A stretch of DNA of 64,000 bases from Thecamonas trahens ATCC 50062 (Eukaryota > Protista > Apusomonadida): assembly GCF_000142905.1 (NCBI RefSeq), contig NW_013657647.1, forward strand, positions 62,001 through 126,000, in the 5' to 3' direction. Position 1 is the stretch's first letter, and every line of letters begins with the position of its first letter. This document shows positions 1-13,199 of this stretch, piece after piece. Under the pieces are notes generated by a model, which saw only the letters and a program-made list of their open reading frames with translations, had not been told where the DNA came from and ran no database searches. A program made the position numbers and the translations under genes.

Positions 1-2433
1 CTCGTTGTTGTCGCGCTTGTAGGCAATGAAGCGGGCAAACTTCTTGCGGAGCGACTCCTTGATCTGGTACTTTTGAGCGCCGATGAACGACTCGAGCATG
101 ACGCGGACGGCGACGTTGATGTCGTCGTCACGGACCGACTGGCGGAGGTGCATCTTAGCGTGGGCCTCGGCCATGCGGATGATGGACTCGATGTGGCGGA
201 CGGTGAGGGCAATGCCGCCCGACTTGACCGACTCTGCACGGAGGCGGGCGTAGAGCTTGGTCACCTTTTCGTCGTCGATGCTTGCGGCCTTGGGGTGGAT
301 GTGCTGCTTGGCGTACATGATGTACTTGCGGAGCATGTCCTGCGAGATGGCGGCCTCGGTGACCTCCTCCTCCTCAGCCATGTCGACGACGACGTCGGGA
401 TGGTTGTCCATGTGCGAGCCGACAATGAACGACGCGAGCCGGTTGTCCTGCACAGGATCCACCGTGTCGCGCACCACGCACAGGATGTCGAACCGCGAGA
501 GAATGGGCTCGGTCAGGTCAACGTTGGCGTTGAATGGCAGCGACGGGTCGTACCGGCCCTTGACCGGGTTTGCCGCCGCCACAATGGAGCACCGCGCCTG
601 CAGCGACGTGACAATGCCAGCCTTGGAGACGGAGATCGACTGCTGCTCCATGGCCTCGTGGATCGACGTCCGATCTTGGTCGTTCATCTTGTCAAACTCG
701 TCGATGAGGCACACGCCGCGGTCGGCAAGGACTAGAGCGCCGCCCTCGAGCGTCCACTCGGACGTGATCGGGTCGCGGCGGACAGCGGCGGTGAGACCGA
801 CCGCGGACGCGCCCTGCCCGGTGGTGAACACCGCCCGATGGGCTGTTTTCTCCACGTACTTGAGGAACTGCGACTTGGCGGTTCCGGGATCACCCATCAG
901 CAGCACGTTGATGTCGCCACGCATCCGGTGCTTGGAGACCTCCTTCGGCTCGCCGCCAAACAGCAGCAGCGCCAGCGCCGTCTTGATGTCACGGTGGCCG
1001 TAGATCGAAGGCGCAATCGAGTTGATGATCTTCTCTCCGATCCGCTCGTCCGAGCCGAGCTTGCGGATTTGTGCCACGTCCTCGTCGGTGAGCCGGAACG
1101 CCTGGTACTGGTCGTCCTTGGTCGAAATGTAGTTGGCTTCGAGGACCGTGGCAAAGACCGGGAACCCGTTCTTGACGTTGAGCCCAAAGTCGTACGTGTT
1201 CTTGTAAACGCCTGTCACCTCGATCTCCTCGCCCGGCCGCACCGAGTCGATGAGGTCCCACAGGAGGACAACTTCCTTGTACCGCGGCAGCCGTCCCGGC
1301 GGCACCGTCCCGGGCGTCTCTTGAAGCGTCACCTTTTGGTAGTTGCGGTAGACCGTCTGCGCAGAGTTGACCGTGAACGGGCCCTTGGACTGGCACTCGG
1401 GACACGAGCCAATGTCGATCTTGCTCGTTGTCTCGTTCTGGAAAAACGGACCAATGAGCGTCCCGCACTTGTCGCAGTTGTACTTTGCGTACGTGAGCTG
1501 CGGGAAGACAGACGTCCGCCGCGTCACCACCCCGGTCACCTTGACCAGCGCATTGAGGTGGACCTGCCGCAGCGCACGCAGCGAGTCCTCAATCGGAAGG
1601 TCCGTGATCCGCACGTGCACCTCGGTCCGGATCGACTGGTAGTTGGGGAACTCCTCGAGGACCACTGCGAGCGCGACCTCGTCGAAAATCTCAAGCATCT
1701 CCGTCGGGTGGTCTGCCAGCCACATGGCGAGCGTGTCCACAGCGTCCACCATGTGCAGGTACGAGACATGCAGCGACTCGCCGTTGGCCGCACACATGTT
1801 ACGGATCCGCACAGAGTAAACTGCGTGCCCTTCCTCGTCCACAAACTCCTTGAGGAACGCCGTCAGCCGCCGTGCAATCTCGCGCCGCGGGCCGTCCTTC
1901 AGAATATACTCGCGAAGTGAGCCCTTGTAGTCTTCCAGATTGATGTCCTCGTCAAGGTACTCATCGGCTCCGCCTTCCTCATCGCCGGCCATCGACATGA
2001 GCCCGGCGTCAGAACCCATCGACGACAGTCCGCGCCGCCGCCGCCGCCGCGGCCCGTCGTCGTCGGAGCCCTCGGACGACATCAGCGCCCGCGGCATCCG
2101 CGACCGCCGCCCGCGCATCTCGGCATCGCGATCGTCAAGCGCACGCTCCGCCGCCGCACGCGCCACAGCGTCCATCTCGTCCACCGTATCGTCGTCCACC
2201 CCACGGGTCTCGTACCGATCGAGCTCTGCAATCGCCCGGTAGTCACGCGCCATGTCGTCGCCCACAAGCTCCTCACCATCCTCGTCCTCGTCCGAAGCCA
2301 CACGCCCCTCGTCCTCTCCCAGCGCCGCCTCCATGTCTTGCTCCACCGTCGGCCCGTTGGCCTCCTCTTCCACCTCTTCGGAACCAACCACGCGATCGCC
2401 AGCCTCAGAGGTAAACGCCGGCGGCGACGACAT
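1..2433 (-). CDS. MCM2: DNA replication licensing factor MCM2 (3' end runs off the window)
   Basis: Not in the ORF track; read manually on the minus strand from ATG 2433. Acidic N-terminus ([23 protein letters not shown]), Zn finger CDKC...CPEC, Walker [10 protein letters not shown], Walker B IDEFDKM, arginine finger ILSRFD, and C-terminal [13 protein letters not shown] typical of MCM2. A TAG 10 codons upstream could be a stop or a splice acceptor, so the start is slightly uncertain. Confidence 0.97.
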   Translation of the reverse strand, partial: MSSPPAFTSEAGDRVVGSEEVEEEANGPTVEQDMEAALGEDEGRVASDEDEDGEELVGDDMARDYRAIAELDRYETRGVDDDTVDEMDAVARAAAERALDDRDAEMRGRRSRMPRALMSSEGSDDDGPRRRRRRGLSSMGSDAGLMSMAGDEEGGADEYLDEDINLEDYKGSLREYILKDGPRREIARRLTAFLKEFVDEEGHAVYSVRIRNMCAANGESLHVSYLHMVDAVDTLAMWLADHPTEMLEIFDEVALAVVLEEFPNYQSIRTEVHVRITDLPIEDSLRALRQVHLNALVKVTGVVTRRTSVFPQLTYAKYNCDKCGTLIGPFFQNETTSKIDIGSCPECQSKGPFTVNSAQTVYRNYQKVTLQETPGTVPPGRLPRYKEVVLLWDLIDSVRPGEEIEVTGVYKNTYDFGLNVKNGFPVFATVLEANYISTKDDQYQAFRLTDEDVAQIRKLGSDERIGEKIINSIAPSIYGHRDIKTALALLLFGGEPKEVSKHRMRGDINVLLMGDPGTAKSQFLKYVEKTAHRAVFTTGQGASAVGLTAAVRRDPITSEWTLEGGALVLADRGVCLIDEFDKMNDQDRTSIHEAMEQQSISVSKAGIVTSLQARCSIVAAANPVKGRYDPSLPFNANVDLTEPILSRFDILCVVRDTVDPVQDNRLASFIVGSHMDNHPDVVVDMAEEEEVTEAAISQDMLRKYIMYAKQHIHPKAASIDDEKVTKLYARLRAESVKSGGIALTVRHIESIIRMAEAHAKMHLRQSVRDDDINVAVRVMLESFIGAQKYQIKESLRKKFARFIAYKRDNNE

Positions 2434-3024
2434 CGATGTCGGCGACGACGGTGCCCCAGTCTATCCTCCGCACCTCGTCCCACCTGTAAGTCATCCCCCC
2501 TCGCTCTCCCGCCCAGTCTCTCCTCACCAGGTAGCCCTCCTTGAGGGAAAGGCCGTCATTGATCAAGCGGCGCCATTTGCCAGCTGATCGCGATCACGCC
2601 CTCCGCCACCACGCCCACCGCCGCAACCAAACACAGAGTCGCCGTCCGCCCCCCAACACACAGCATGGCCACCATCCCCCATATGTTGCACCTATTGCGG
2701 TCCTCGTAGCTATGGCAAACTCGCCAACCGAGAAAGTGACAGAGGGCAGGAAGGGGGGAGGAGGCGGTCGGGACGCGGTATGTCCCATCACCAAAAACTG
2801 CCACTCGCCATCGATGGGCGACTGCCACCCTCCCTCGGCAGCCATTGGAGGCAGAAGAGGGAAGGGAGGTACCTCAAGCCACACTCGAGACCGCACAAGA
2901 TATGGGCAGATGGAGGAGAGAGGGTGTGTGGGAGGAAGGGCGTGGAAGGGGAAAGGCGCAGGGGAAGGGAGGGGGGCGAGCGGGTAGAAACCAAGCGAGA
3001 ATGTCCCAATGAAGAAAACCTACC

Positions 3025-6000
3025 TCAGACATTGTGGATACTGCGACAAGTGGCCGGGCCTGTTTGAGTGACACCCCGGCGGTCGAGCTGGGCGTGTGGA
3101 GGGCGAGGGAAGATCCTACATAGTGTGAGGGGGATTTCACTCGGCAGACACATACGAAGGTGGCGGGGAAGGCCGGTGACGTCGTCATCATCGACGTCTT
3201 CGTCGTCGTCTGCGGGACCATCGACGCCGGTGTGGTCGTCGTCATAGACCGAGTAGTGCGAGACGTCGGCGTAGACAGACGACTCGTCAACGACGGCCGG
3301 GGCTGACGGGGCCGGGAGCTCGCCGGCCTGGACGGAGCTAAGCTCGGCGACAAAGTCGGGCGAGACGAGGGAGGGGAGAAAGGCGGCGATGGCGGTGGCG
3401 GTAGAGGCCCAAAGCTTGGCCCGCGGCGAGTCCCCGGCCACAAAGTCAAAGACGCCCGAGACGGCCATAACCCTGAGACAGTTCTTGAGCGTCTCGCCGA
3501 TGGCCTCGGTGAGCGCGAGGCCGCCAGCATCTGCACGGTCGGACCTGCGCACAAACTCTTCCAGAAAGCGGACGAGGTTGAGCCAGAGCGTGCCAAAGTC
3601 CTCGAGAGCAAGCAGAGCGCGGAGATTGGCGAGAAAGACGGCGGTGATGAGTGATGAGGCGCGGATGCGCGCGTTGACAAGGAGCGCGCCCGACGACGGC
3701 GGCGACTCGACCAAGCACATGAGGAGCGGGAAGAGCGCGTCGCGGAAGAGCTCGACCAGCGCGCGGAGGTCAAAGCCGGACACAACCTCATGTAGCGCGC
3801 CCTGCCGCAGCAGCTCGGTGGCGGCGGCTCGGACAGACTCGTGCTGTCCATGCTGCGCTGCGTCCGAGTACACCAGCAGCAGTCGTCGCCAGTAGAGCGA
3901 CCACAGACGGCCCGACGAGATGGCCACCGCGCGACTCGACGCCGACAGTGACTCCAACCGCTGCACAAGGCTGACTTGAAGCGCGCGGACAAGCTCGAGC
4001 GGTGTTCCGGCGTCCGACTGCGAGGCCCCGTTGACGAGGTACGCCACCAGCGCCGCCATCAAGTGCTTGAACACCGCCTCCGACTGTGCCTCGGCAACGG
4101 CCGACGGCGAGCCGTCAAGCGCCACAAACAGGTGCTCCTCAAGCCCGCTCTGGCCCTCGGCCGCAAACAAAGCCTTGAGTGTGTGGAGGCCAAAGAGGAC
4201 AGCCTGAGGATGACGGGCGGCGCGGGCGACGAGCTGCAGCACGTTGAGCCAGAACTGGGCCTCGCCACCGAGCTGCGGCCCGCACGATGCGACGAGCGAG
4301 GCAACGCCGGCGGCAACTTCGTCGCCGATCCGGGCAAATGCTGGGCCCGGGAGCTTGACCAGAAGCTGCAGCGCATCGGCGATGGCGGCGGCGCCGACGC
4401 CGCCGTCAGCGGCGGCCGACGTCGCAAACGCGGCGACGAGGCGGATGACGGCGAGGGCGGCACGCTGGAGCACCAAGGTGGGCGCGCTCGAACCGGCGGC
4501 GCCGGCCGACGCCAGCACCTCGCTAACGTGGCTCATCACGACGTGCCAGAGGGTGGAGAGGGTGCCCGGGGAGTGATAGCCGACGGCGGCCTCGAGGAGC
4601 GCAATCTCGCGCTCGAGGCAGAAGACAAGCAGGGCGGCCTTGCCCGAGACCTGGTAAGCGGTGCCGTCGACGTCGAGCCCCGGTGGGGATGCGGCGCCCG
4701 ACGGCGAGCTCGACGTCGAGCCTGCGGCGTTGAGCGCGGGTGCGAGCTTGACAATGGCTTGCACCATGTAGACCAGCGACGGCGCGTCAAAGCGCGGCGC
4801 CACACTGGCAAACAGCTTGTCGATGTGGCAGGCCGCAACGGCGTCGGCGGCATCGTCGACGCCCGGGTGCGGGCCGGCGCCCGTGCCGCTGCCCGGCGAC
4901 CCGGCACTTGCAGCCCCTTCGTCCGACGACGATGCAAAGGGGAGGAAAAACGAAAAGGTCGAGAGGAGGCCGGGCGAGGGTTTGGGCTTGGGCGAGAGCG
5001 GGAAGGCCGAGGGAAGGACGAGCGGGTCGGAAGCGACAAAGCCGGGCGGGACAGTGAGAAACTCACGCGGAAGGAGGCCAAGCTGGTAGAGACAGAGAAT
5101 GGTGTCGAGGACATTGCGCCAGCCTTCCGAGAGGTGTGAGCCGTAGGTGCGGGTAATGGCAAAGAGCGTGATGGCCGCCATCTGGGCCTTGAGCGAGTTG
5201 GCAAAGCCCGAGGCCGACGGGCCGAGCGGCAGCGTGGTGCACTGGCAGAGCTTGATGATGAGGTTGTCAAATGGCTCAGTCATGCCGTGGGCAGCCGCGC
5301 ACTTGCCGGTAAAGTAAAAGCCCTCGACGGCCTTTTGGAAAATGCGCTCGTCGTCGACAGCGTCAAAGACAATCGAAATGGCGTTGAGGAGCGGGCCCCA
5401 GAGGAGAGCAAACATCTCGGCGTCGTGCACGACGCTGGCGGCGACCACAAACACAGCCGGATCGTGGAGCGGCGCGGCAGATGCCAGCTTGCGCCACGCC
5501 ACCTCGGACGCCTGAGCCTCGTCCTTGGCCTCGAGCATGATTTCGCGCGAGGAGATCGAGTCGTAGATGTCTGCGACAAAGGCCTCGGGAAAGTCGCTGC
5601 CGTTGTTGACGCCTGCAAGCATCTTGCGGTAGTCGGCGAGGGTCATGCGGTTCTTGACCGTCGGGTGGTGCTGGTCGGTGTTGAGCATGACGATGGAGAA
5701 GGCGAGGACCTCAACGGCGTCAGCATTGGCGACTGGCGACTCGGCGTCGGCGTTGGCCTTGTAGTACGCAATGGCAAACTGCTCGATGATGCGCCCAATC
5801 TGCTGTGCCTCGCCCGGAATGAGGAACGACTCGAGGAAGATGCGGAGCGCGCCGTGGACCGAGGCACCGGCAAAGTCAAACGTCGCCAGATACGCGGCGA
5901 GGACGGCGGTGTTGAACGGAGTGTTGCCCGCCAGGTACTGGCCGACTTGGGCCTTGTCGAGTGCTTGCGTCTGGCGGAGAAAGGCCGCAAGCTGCTCCGC

Positions 6001-7749
6001 CCGCGCCTCTGAATCATCCAATAGTCCGGCCTCGTCCATAAACGCCACGCCGAGCTTGGGTTTGGTGTTGAACTTGGCGGCGGCGGTGGCGTGCTTGGCC
6101 TTGAGCGCGCGCGCAGAGCGGAGCGCATCGGGTGATGCCCCGGCGGCAGCGGCCACGGCGCCAGGCTCGGCACGCGACGCCATACCCTTGATGACTCCGA
6201 GGAGCGCGTCGAGGGCGAGTAGGTGGAGCGAGCAGAGCTCGCCGTTGATGGGGAACGACGACTTGCTGAGGAATTTGGTTAGCGTCTCGAAAAGCGGCGA
6301 GCAATGGATGTCGCAGTCGTAGTTGACGTAGAGGACCTGCATAAAGTCCGGGTCGCGGCAGAGCGAGACAAAAAACTCGAGCACAATCTCCTGGTGCTCA
6401 TACGACGAGTGCGAGCCATCGATGAGCGTGTCGAGGAGAGTGTTGAAGTAGAGCTCGAGCTGGAGCTTGCAGTGGCCGGGCACAAAAAAGTACAGGTTGC
6501 CCACCAGCCGCAGCGCAAGCGTGAGCGTCGCGGTCGAGACCGGCTTGAGAAGCAGGCCGTAGACGGCGTGGGCGAGCGGGCCCGAGACAAGGTTGAGCAG
6601 CTGCGGGAGGCTCACGAGCTCGTGGCCGAGCACCTCGAGCACCGTGTTGACGAGCCCGAGGGCCAGGCCCTGCATGGCTGCTGTGTTGGCCGGCTCGTTG
6701 CCGTCGAGAAGCGAGGTGAGGAAGCGGAGGACTTCGACAAGCGCCGGAAGACCGTGGCCGCGGCGAACAGGCCGCGATGATCCTCGCGGCCCGGCCTCGC
6801 TAGCCGCGGCCCCGTCCACTACGGCGTCGGAAGAGCCTGCTGAAGCGCCGTCGGCCGGAAAGGCCGGCCCGCCGCTGCCACCGCCGCCGCCGCCAGCCGA
6901 TGACGCCGACGATGGCCGCGGCGTCGTGGACCGCAGAGAGATCGACGCCGGAACCGGGCCGCCGACACGCGGGGGATCGATGAGAACGTAGCCCGAGCCA
7001 GCCGACGACTCGGCATCGTCGACGTTGTCGCGGTCGTCCGGCATGCCCTCGTCTGAAGACTCGGGCTGCGGGGCGCTGGCCAGCGCCTGAGATGACGCCA
7101 CAAAGTCGCGAAACAGCGTCGAAACCATGGAGAAGAGTGCGTCCTCAGCGAGTGACTGCGAGAGCCGCGAAATGTGCCGCTGAAAGCACATCCGGAAGGC
7201 GGTCTGTAGGATGTCGCACACGTGCGCGTCCGAGAGGTAGCCCGCCAGCGCCGGCGACGTGATGAGCGCCACAAGGACCTTGAGCACATGGCGGAGAACG
7301 ATGGCGTCGGTCTCGCGGTCAGTCGGATCGAACCGGCACTGGATGACCGCGTGGACGACGGCGGCAACAGCAGACGCCACCTGAGCCTCACTCCCACAGG
7401 CAGTCAGCAGGCCGTCGGTAGTCACAAACGTGTGCAGCGCAGCAAGCGCCGCTGTTGTGATCTGGCCCGTCGCCTCACGGGATCGCACCACATCGGTGAA
7501 CGGTGCCAAGAACTTTGTCGGCGGGAGGCTGCTGAGGTCTGTCGCAGCGAGGGGTGGGGGGGGGGGGGGAGGGGGGAGGGGGGAGGGGGCGGATGAGTGA
7601 TGAGTTGCCAGAACTTGGCGTCAGCGGAGCCCAGTGTTGCGGGGGAAGAAGGGCGAGGGAGAGGGCGAGGGAGAGGGAGAGGGAGATGGAGAGGGAGATG
7701 GAGAGGGAGAGGGAGAAGGAGAGAGAGGGAGAGGGAGAGGGAGATGGAG

Positions 7750-7784
<35 letters not shown>

Positions 7785-7940
7785 GGGGAGAAGGGCGGTG
7801 GAAGATAGAGCCACGCCACGTCCCAAGCCAGGTCCGCACCACCGCCGCCCCAACTCTCGACACCTCCGTCCGTCCCTCGGTCTACTTCCAAACACAGACT
7901 CACACACTCACTCACTCTCACTCACTCACTCACTCACTCA

Positions 7941-7976
<36 letters not shown>

Positions 7977-8359
7977 CCATCTCTACGCTTGCTCCATTCA
8001 TGATATCCACGCTGGTCACCCGTCACTAGGAGCAAGTGTAGAAAAAGGTCGTGGAAGGTGGCGACGGAGGATGCAGAGGGCATTTGATCCCAAGGGAAAA
8101 AAGCAATAATTCAACAAGACGACTCGCAGGACTGGCGAGGGGAACGAGACAGGGTCAGGGGAGGGGGGAGGGGAGGGGGGGGGGGGGGGACGGTACCAGG
8201 ACATTCGGCAAGGGTGTCTGAGAGGTCCCTGAACTGGGTGAGGAGGGTGGTGTCATGGGGTGGAGCTGAAGGGTTTGTCTGCCACAAGAATGACGACCGC
8301 ATAATGGCTACCACAAGGGCAGCCTCATCAAGTACCACGCGACTGTGGCGTCGGGCCAT
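3025..8359 (-). CDS. GBF1: Golgi BFA-resistance ArfGEF (GBF1/Gea family, DCB-HUS-Sec7-HDS), 2 exons
   Basis: Exon 8359-8197 (MARRHSRVV...LAECP), GTACCG...CAG intron 8196-7539, exon from 7538 giving DLSSLPPTKFLAPFTDVVRS. HUS box LYVNYDCD, Sec7 catalytic motif FLIPGEAQQIGRI, and AFSIVMLNTDQH. The extreme 3' end may be spliced differently (a GTATGT donor-like site near 3155). Confidence 0.93.
7640..7975. repeat. Microsatellites in the GBF1 intron: (GGGAGA)n, (GGGACA)n, (CACT)n, (CA)n
   Basis: Simple repeats visible directly in the sequence. Confidence 0.95.
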
Positions 8360-8545
8360 GGACGAGTCGGGTGTGGCCGTCGCCGTCGCCGTCGCCGTAG
8401 CCGTCGCCGTCGCCGCAAGTTGAACAGCCGAGACCGGCCAGCGAACGAGGCGCTGAAGATGGAGAAAGCGACGACTCGATCAACTGCGGAGCCGTCTCCC
8501 GTTGCCTTTGCTACCAGTTGTTGTTGGTGCCAATGGCAGCGGCGT

Positions 8546-11500
8546 TTACAGATCGACGTAGTGGGTGCCATCAAACTCGCCCGACGAGCTCAGCGGTGCC
8601 GCTGTCGACTGCAGTGTCGGGGACTGGGCGAACGATGGCGAGTAGGTGGGCGTCAATGGCGACGGCCGATGAAGAGTGTCGGCCGTAAAGGTGTCCGAGT
8701 CGTCATCGTCGTCGGCGGCAAGGTCGGAGTTGGCATGGAACGAGACCGAGAAAACCAGAACGGCTTCGGTGGAGGGCGTGGGGGTGATGTATGGTGAGAG
8801 CAGCTGCTCGGCCGAAGTGCGAGACGACGAGTCACTACTGAGCGCCAGGGTGCGAGACAGGCTGCCATCGACAATGACGGTCAGACGCTGCGAGCCGGAG
8901 CTGTCGAGAATGGGGGTAGCCCGCCGCACGAGCTGATCGACGACGACATGATGTGCGGCACGGTCGACCAGGTGCTCTCGCTTGCCTCGAGCAACGGCGA
9001 GAAGGAGGCATGCGATGACGACGCCGACGACGACGATGCCGACGATGCCGACGACGATGACGACGACGATGATGATGATGATGATGACGACGACGATGAC
9101 GATGACAACACCGCCACCGCTGACGACCCCTCATAGCCCGACAACGACGCCGACACGTTGCCGTTCCACGACTCGCCGTCGAACTCGCATTCGGACCCGC
9201 TCGCGTTCGCGCTCGCGGCCTCGCTGGTGAGCGAGGTGTCACCCGAGGCCGACAAGCCCAAACTAAGAGAACATGCTTGGCGCGTACGCTCCTCGGGTGA
9301 GATTTCAGACGTAACTAGGGCCTGTCCCGCGCTCAGAGTGCACGAGGTCGACTGCATCGTGTCGAGCGGGGCGATGGTATCGACGAGCGCACCCAGCTCC
9401 GGAACCGACATGGCTGTTCCGAGAGAATCTGACATCGAGCCGTCAAACACAGTCGTGCTGCGTATGTCCAAGCCATCGGATGATCCCGAGTCGCGGCTGC
9501 TGCCCTTCTTGAGCTGGACCGCCTGGAGCGTGTTGATGCGGTTGAACGCCGGCGGCAGACCATCGGGATGCTCGGCCGGCTTGATCATGTATACCACGGT
9601 CGAACCATGCGAGTCGCCACACACAACGTGGAGTCTGGGTGCGCCGTCAGCGGTGTGAAAGGCTGGCCCAAACGCAAACGGCTGCGGGAGGCGGAGGATC
9701 TGAACGAGCGCACCGCTACGGATCTGGCGGACCTCGATCTCGTTGACAGTCGAGAGGGCAAGGACGTAGAGCTCGACGACAGCAACGTCGCGCGGGCGGA
9801 ACGACCACATGATGTCGACTGCGGGTACGACTGGGCGCAGCGTGTCGGCGTTGAAGAGCGACGATGTCATGTTCGAGGTAATGAGAAGGTGCGAGTCGGG
9901 GCTCGTGATCGAGACCGGCAGGGCAAACGACGACAAAATAGTGTCGACCATCGGTGGAGGCAGGTGCTGCGAGCCGCGGATGTGGCGGAAGCGGCCGCTG
10001 ACAGGCGACATGACGACAAAGCCTGTCGGGAGCGCCATGGCAAGAAGCGACGATGGGATGTACGAGACTGCCAGGGGCGCCGCGTCAAGTGAGAGCGAGG
10101 TGTAGTGCACGAACCGGGAGGCTGACCACTTGAAGACCTCGACCCGCGACTTGACCAGGACTGCCACAAAGTAGGATACCGTCCCGAGTGCTGCCTCCGT
10201 ATGGACCGAAAAGCTTGTGGCATTCCGGGTTGCCTCGAGTTGGTGCATGATCACTGTGCCGATCGAGTTGAGATGCGCGTAGCCAACGCCAAGCTTGGCT
10301 CGCGCAAACTTGACAACCACGACGTTGATGTCGTCGATAACCTTCAGCGCCGACGCGCCGGGTTCGATGAGCGGGTGAGTCGAGTCGTGGCTCCCGCGAG
10401 AGTAGCTGACAAGCGAGGTGGTAGAAAAACGGCGCCTCCCTCCCCCCACGGGATCCAAGTAGTGGTCATGGTGTCGACATGCATGACCGGGCCATACACG
10501 ACAAAGATGTCGGTAGCAAACGAGAGCTGTGGGACAAAGGCGGCGGGTAGGTCGCCGAGATGGGCGTCGGCGCCCGAGTCGGATCCGAGGGCAAATTCGG
10601 GCGCGCCGTCGTTGACGGCCGTTGCTGCGTCGACAAGCGCTGAGTACCGTTGTGCACGAGCGGTGGTGGCGGTGCCGGTTGCCGAGTGTGAGGCCGAGAC
10701 CAGACCGTTCTTGAGGTTGATCAGAAGCGAAGCGACAAAGGCGCGGGTGAGTTGGCGTGGGTGGCCCAGCGGCAGCGGGCCAAACGAGAGGCTCGAGTTA
10801 CTGTGCGCGAAGGCAGCATTGTACATCGACGGGTACACTCGGTGTGGCGCGAGGACACACAAGACCTCGGCCAAGTGCTGAGCAAGCGGCGGGGGCGTGT
10901 AGACCATGCCAGGCTCAGAGAGGAAGACCAGCGTCACCGTCGACTCGGCCGCGCGCGCCTTTGAAGAGTTCGGCAACCTCTCGCCAGTGTCGACTGTCTC
11001 AACAATGTTGACCAAGACCTCCATCGAGCCTAGAGAGCCGCGCATGACCGAGTTCTCGGCCGCGTACGAGGTGCCGAGCAGCCTGGCGAGGAGGAGCAGG
11101 AAGTTGACAAAAGCTGTGGTCCGCTGAAGAATGTGCCGCTCATCGCGGGCCACATACAGCAGGCACAACTCCAGCCGTGTCACAAACGCCGCTTGCTCGA
11201 GCTCGGAGAGCGTGCGGACGAGGCCGTGGCCGACCACACACTGCCACTTGGACTTGCGATCACGCTTCTCCCAGTGGGGCCCAAAGTGATTGAGAACGGC
11301 ACGCAGGTCGCGCCGATACGACTTGAACGCAAGGGGAGTGGTAAGCTGAAAACGTGCGATTGAGTGCGCATTCCACACAATGGCACGGATTGTGGTTGCG
11401 CCGCTACGAGCGATCGAGACAATGTGGATCCCGCCACGGGCCGGGATGTCCGCCACAAAGTTGGCGTGCGGTGAGGCTGCGAAAAACCGCTGATACCAAG

Positions 11501-12658
11501 CCACAAGTGCTGGCGGCTCTTCTTCGGTCACATTGTACTCGGTCTCGGTCGGCACCCACGTCACCGTCGCCTGCGCGCCGTGTGCACCCGACATGATCTT
11601 CTTACGCGGCATCGTGATGGTCGCCCATCCGCGAGTCGCCGCTAGCAGACGCTGGGGCCTCACTGCAGATGAATGTAAGCACACTGTTGACATCATCGAT
11701 GCGGCCGACGACGAACTTCCAGACCTGGGTGAGCCGCTCATGCCTAAGCTTGCATCCAACGGGATGCTTCCAGGCTGCAACATGCCATCCGAGCGAGTTG
11801 GCGGCAACCTTGTGCGGTGCAACGCAGGATCGGGGCTCGTGTCCAAGCTCCTTCCTCCAGACACAGATGATGCGTCCGTCAACGAGCGGTTGAACCGCGA
11901 CGAATTCGTTCGGCTGGACAGCAAGCTACTCTTGCCCGACTTGGTAGAGCGGCTGCTGTCAAGCAGGGTGTCAGTCCCGGACCGACGTCTCGCCACAAGC
12001 GAGACGGACGAGCCAAAGCGGGACGACATACCGCGCGAGAATGTGACGGTCGAGTTCCCGCCTGCAAGTTCCTGCTCCAGGCCGGCTACAACCTCGGTAA
12101 TCTTGATCTGCCACTCGACCAGGTACTCGGGCGTCTCGACCGCCACGATGATGGTCATCATCGAGATGGTCGGCAAAGCAGTCCGGCTCGAGAGCACACC
12201 CGATGAATCGGCGTCCGAGACCGAGGATGGCGAGTCCTTGCTCGGGGTAAAGGCGAGAAAAGCCATATCGGGCGCACACGGCAAGCCGCCAACGACATCA
12301 AAGTGGAACTGCTGCAGCTGGAGGACATATGGTGACGACGAGGAGGAGATCGGCAGCAGCATCAGCGCTGTTCTTGAGAGATGGCCTTCAAACTTTGGCC
12401 TGTGTCATCATGACCACCAAGGGAGACGTAGCACAGCCGATCATAGTGACGGAGCAGTGTCAAGGGCCAAGCGGCCGAGTCAAGGGCAGCGGAAGGGAAG
12501 GGTGAGTCTATCTGAAAGCTCGCCAGGGGGGAAAAAAGAGAGGCAGGAAGCTGTGGCAATTGGGAAATTTATCACTCGTACCATGACGATGGTGGTCGTG
12601 TGGTGGAGGGGCCCGACGGCGCCACCGAGACAAGACCAGAAGCAACCATGCCAGGCAT
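8546..12658 (-). CDS. PH - degenerate RapGAP - CNH protein with Ser-rich tail (GARNL3-like), paralogue 1; two apparent -1 frameshifts
   Basis: Exon 12658-12582 (MPGMVASGLVSV...SSW), phase-2 intron 12581-12400 (GTACGA...CAG), then ORF 10344..12362 (WYQRFF..PHANFVA, a RapGAP N-terminal region). It joins ORF 8881..10458 (CNH-like: VAVLVKSRVEVFKW, IEVRQIRSGALVQ) at run 10425-10429, and ORF 8546..8929 at run 8912-8916. Collinear with the intact paralogue at 13200-17192. Confidence 0.78.
9015..9107. repeat. Trinucleotide (GAC/GAT)n repeat encoding poly-Ser on the minus strand
   Basis: Visible directly; translates as the S-run in ORF 8881..10458. Confidence 0.9.
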
Positions 12659-13199
12659 GGTTGCTGGAAGAGGATGGGGAGGGAGGGGAGATGCACGTGA
12701 AGAGGTCTGTCGTGGGGCGGTTCCTGCTTGGAGGGGGAAGGGGGGAGGGGGGAGGCGAGAGAGAAATGAGGCTGCAGCTGCTCACTGAAGTTGTGGAAGG
12801 CTTGGTACGGGTGCGGCGGGACGCCATGGGCTGTGCGGGTCACAGGAATCCAATCAACTGCCAATTTAAGGTGTCCCGGCTGATTCTGCTGTGATTCTCG
12901 ACAAAATCCGCCCACAGCCGCACCGCACGAGGCACGTCACAGCCAAGTAGCGGCTCTCCTTGCTTTGACCTTTCACGGTACGGAGTAGCCACCCTCGTCC
13001 TCGCAAGCAATACAAGATAAGGGGTGAGGATGCACGAGGAGAGAGCGATGGCAGCTGTCTTCCGCAGCAGCCTCCCACGCTCGCCAAGCAAAACCACGTC
13101 GGTCGGCAACCTCAACACCTGCTGCGTGTACAAGTAGCAATCGTCTGCTCCCGCAGGCTTTCCAACCAAATATGGTGCGAGAAAGCGTGTCGTGATCGG

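Noticed and set aside
73-2587. Plus-strand ORFs of 100-360 aa
   Set aside because: Antisense shadows of MCM2 caused by high GC and codon bias. The same applies to most overlapping ORFs in the track (e.g. 11533..12894, 33147..35183, 43065..44813).
8546-12658. Calling the frameshifted genes pseudogenes
   Set aside because: Long open frames on both sides of each break, no in-frame stops and uniform one-base polarity point to sequencing error (or recoding), not decay.
12840-13199. In-frame ORF after the paralogue 2 stop (possible readthrough)
   Set aside because: No similarity to the other paralogues' tails and no supporting signal.
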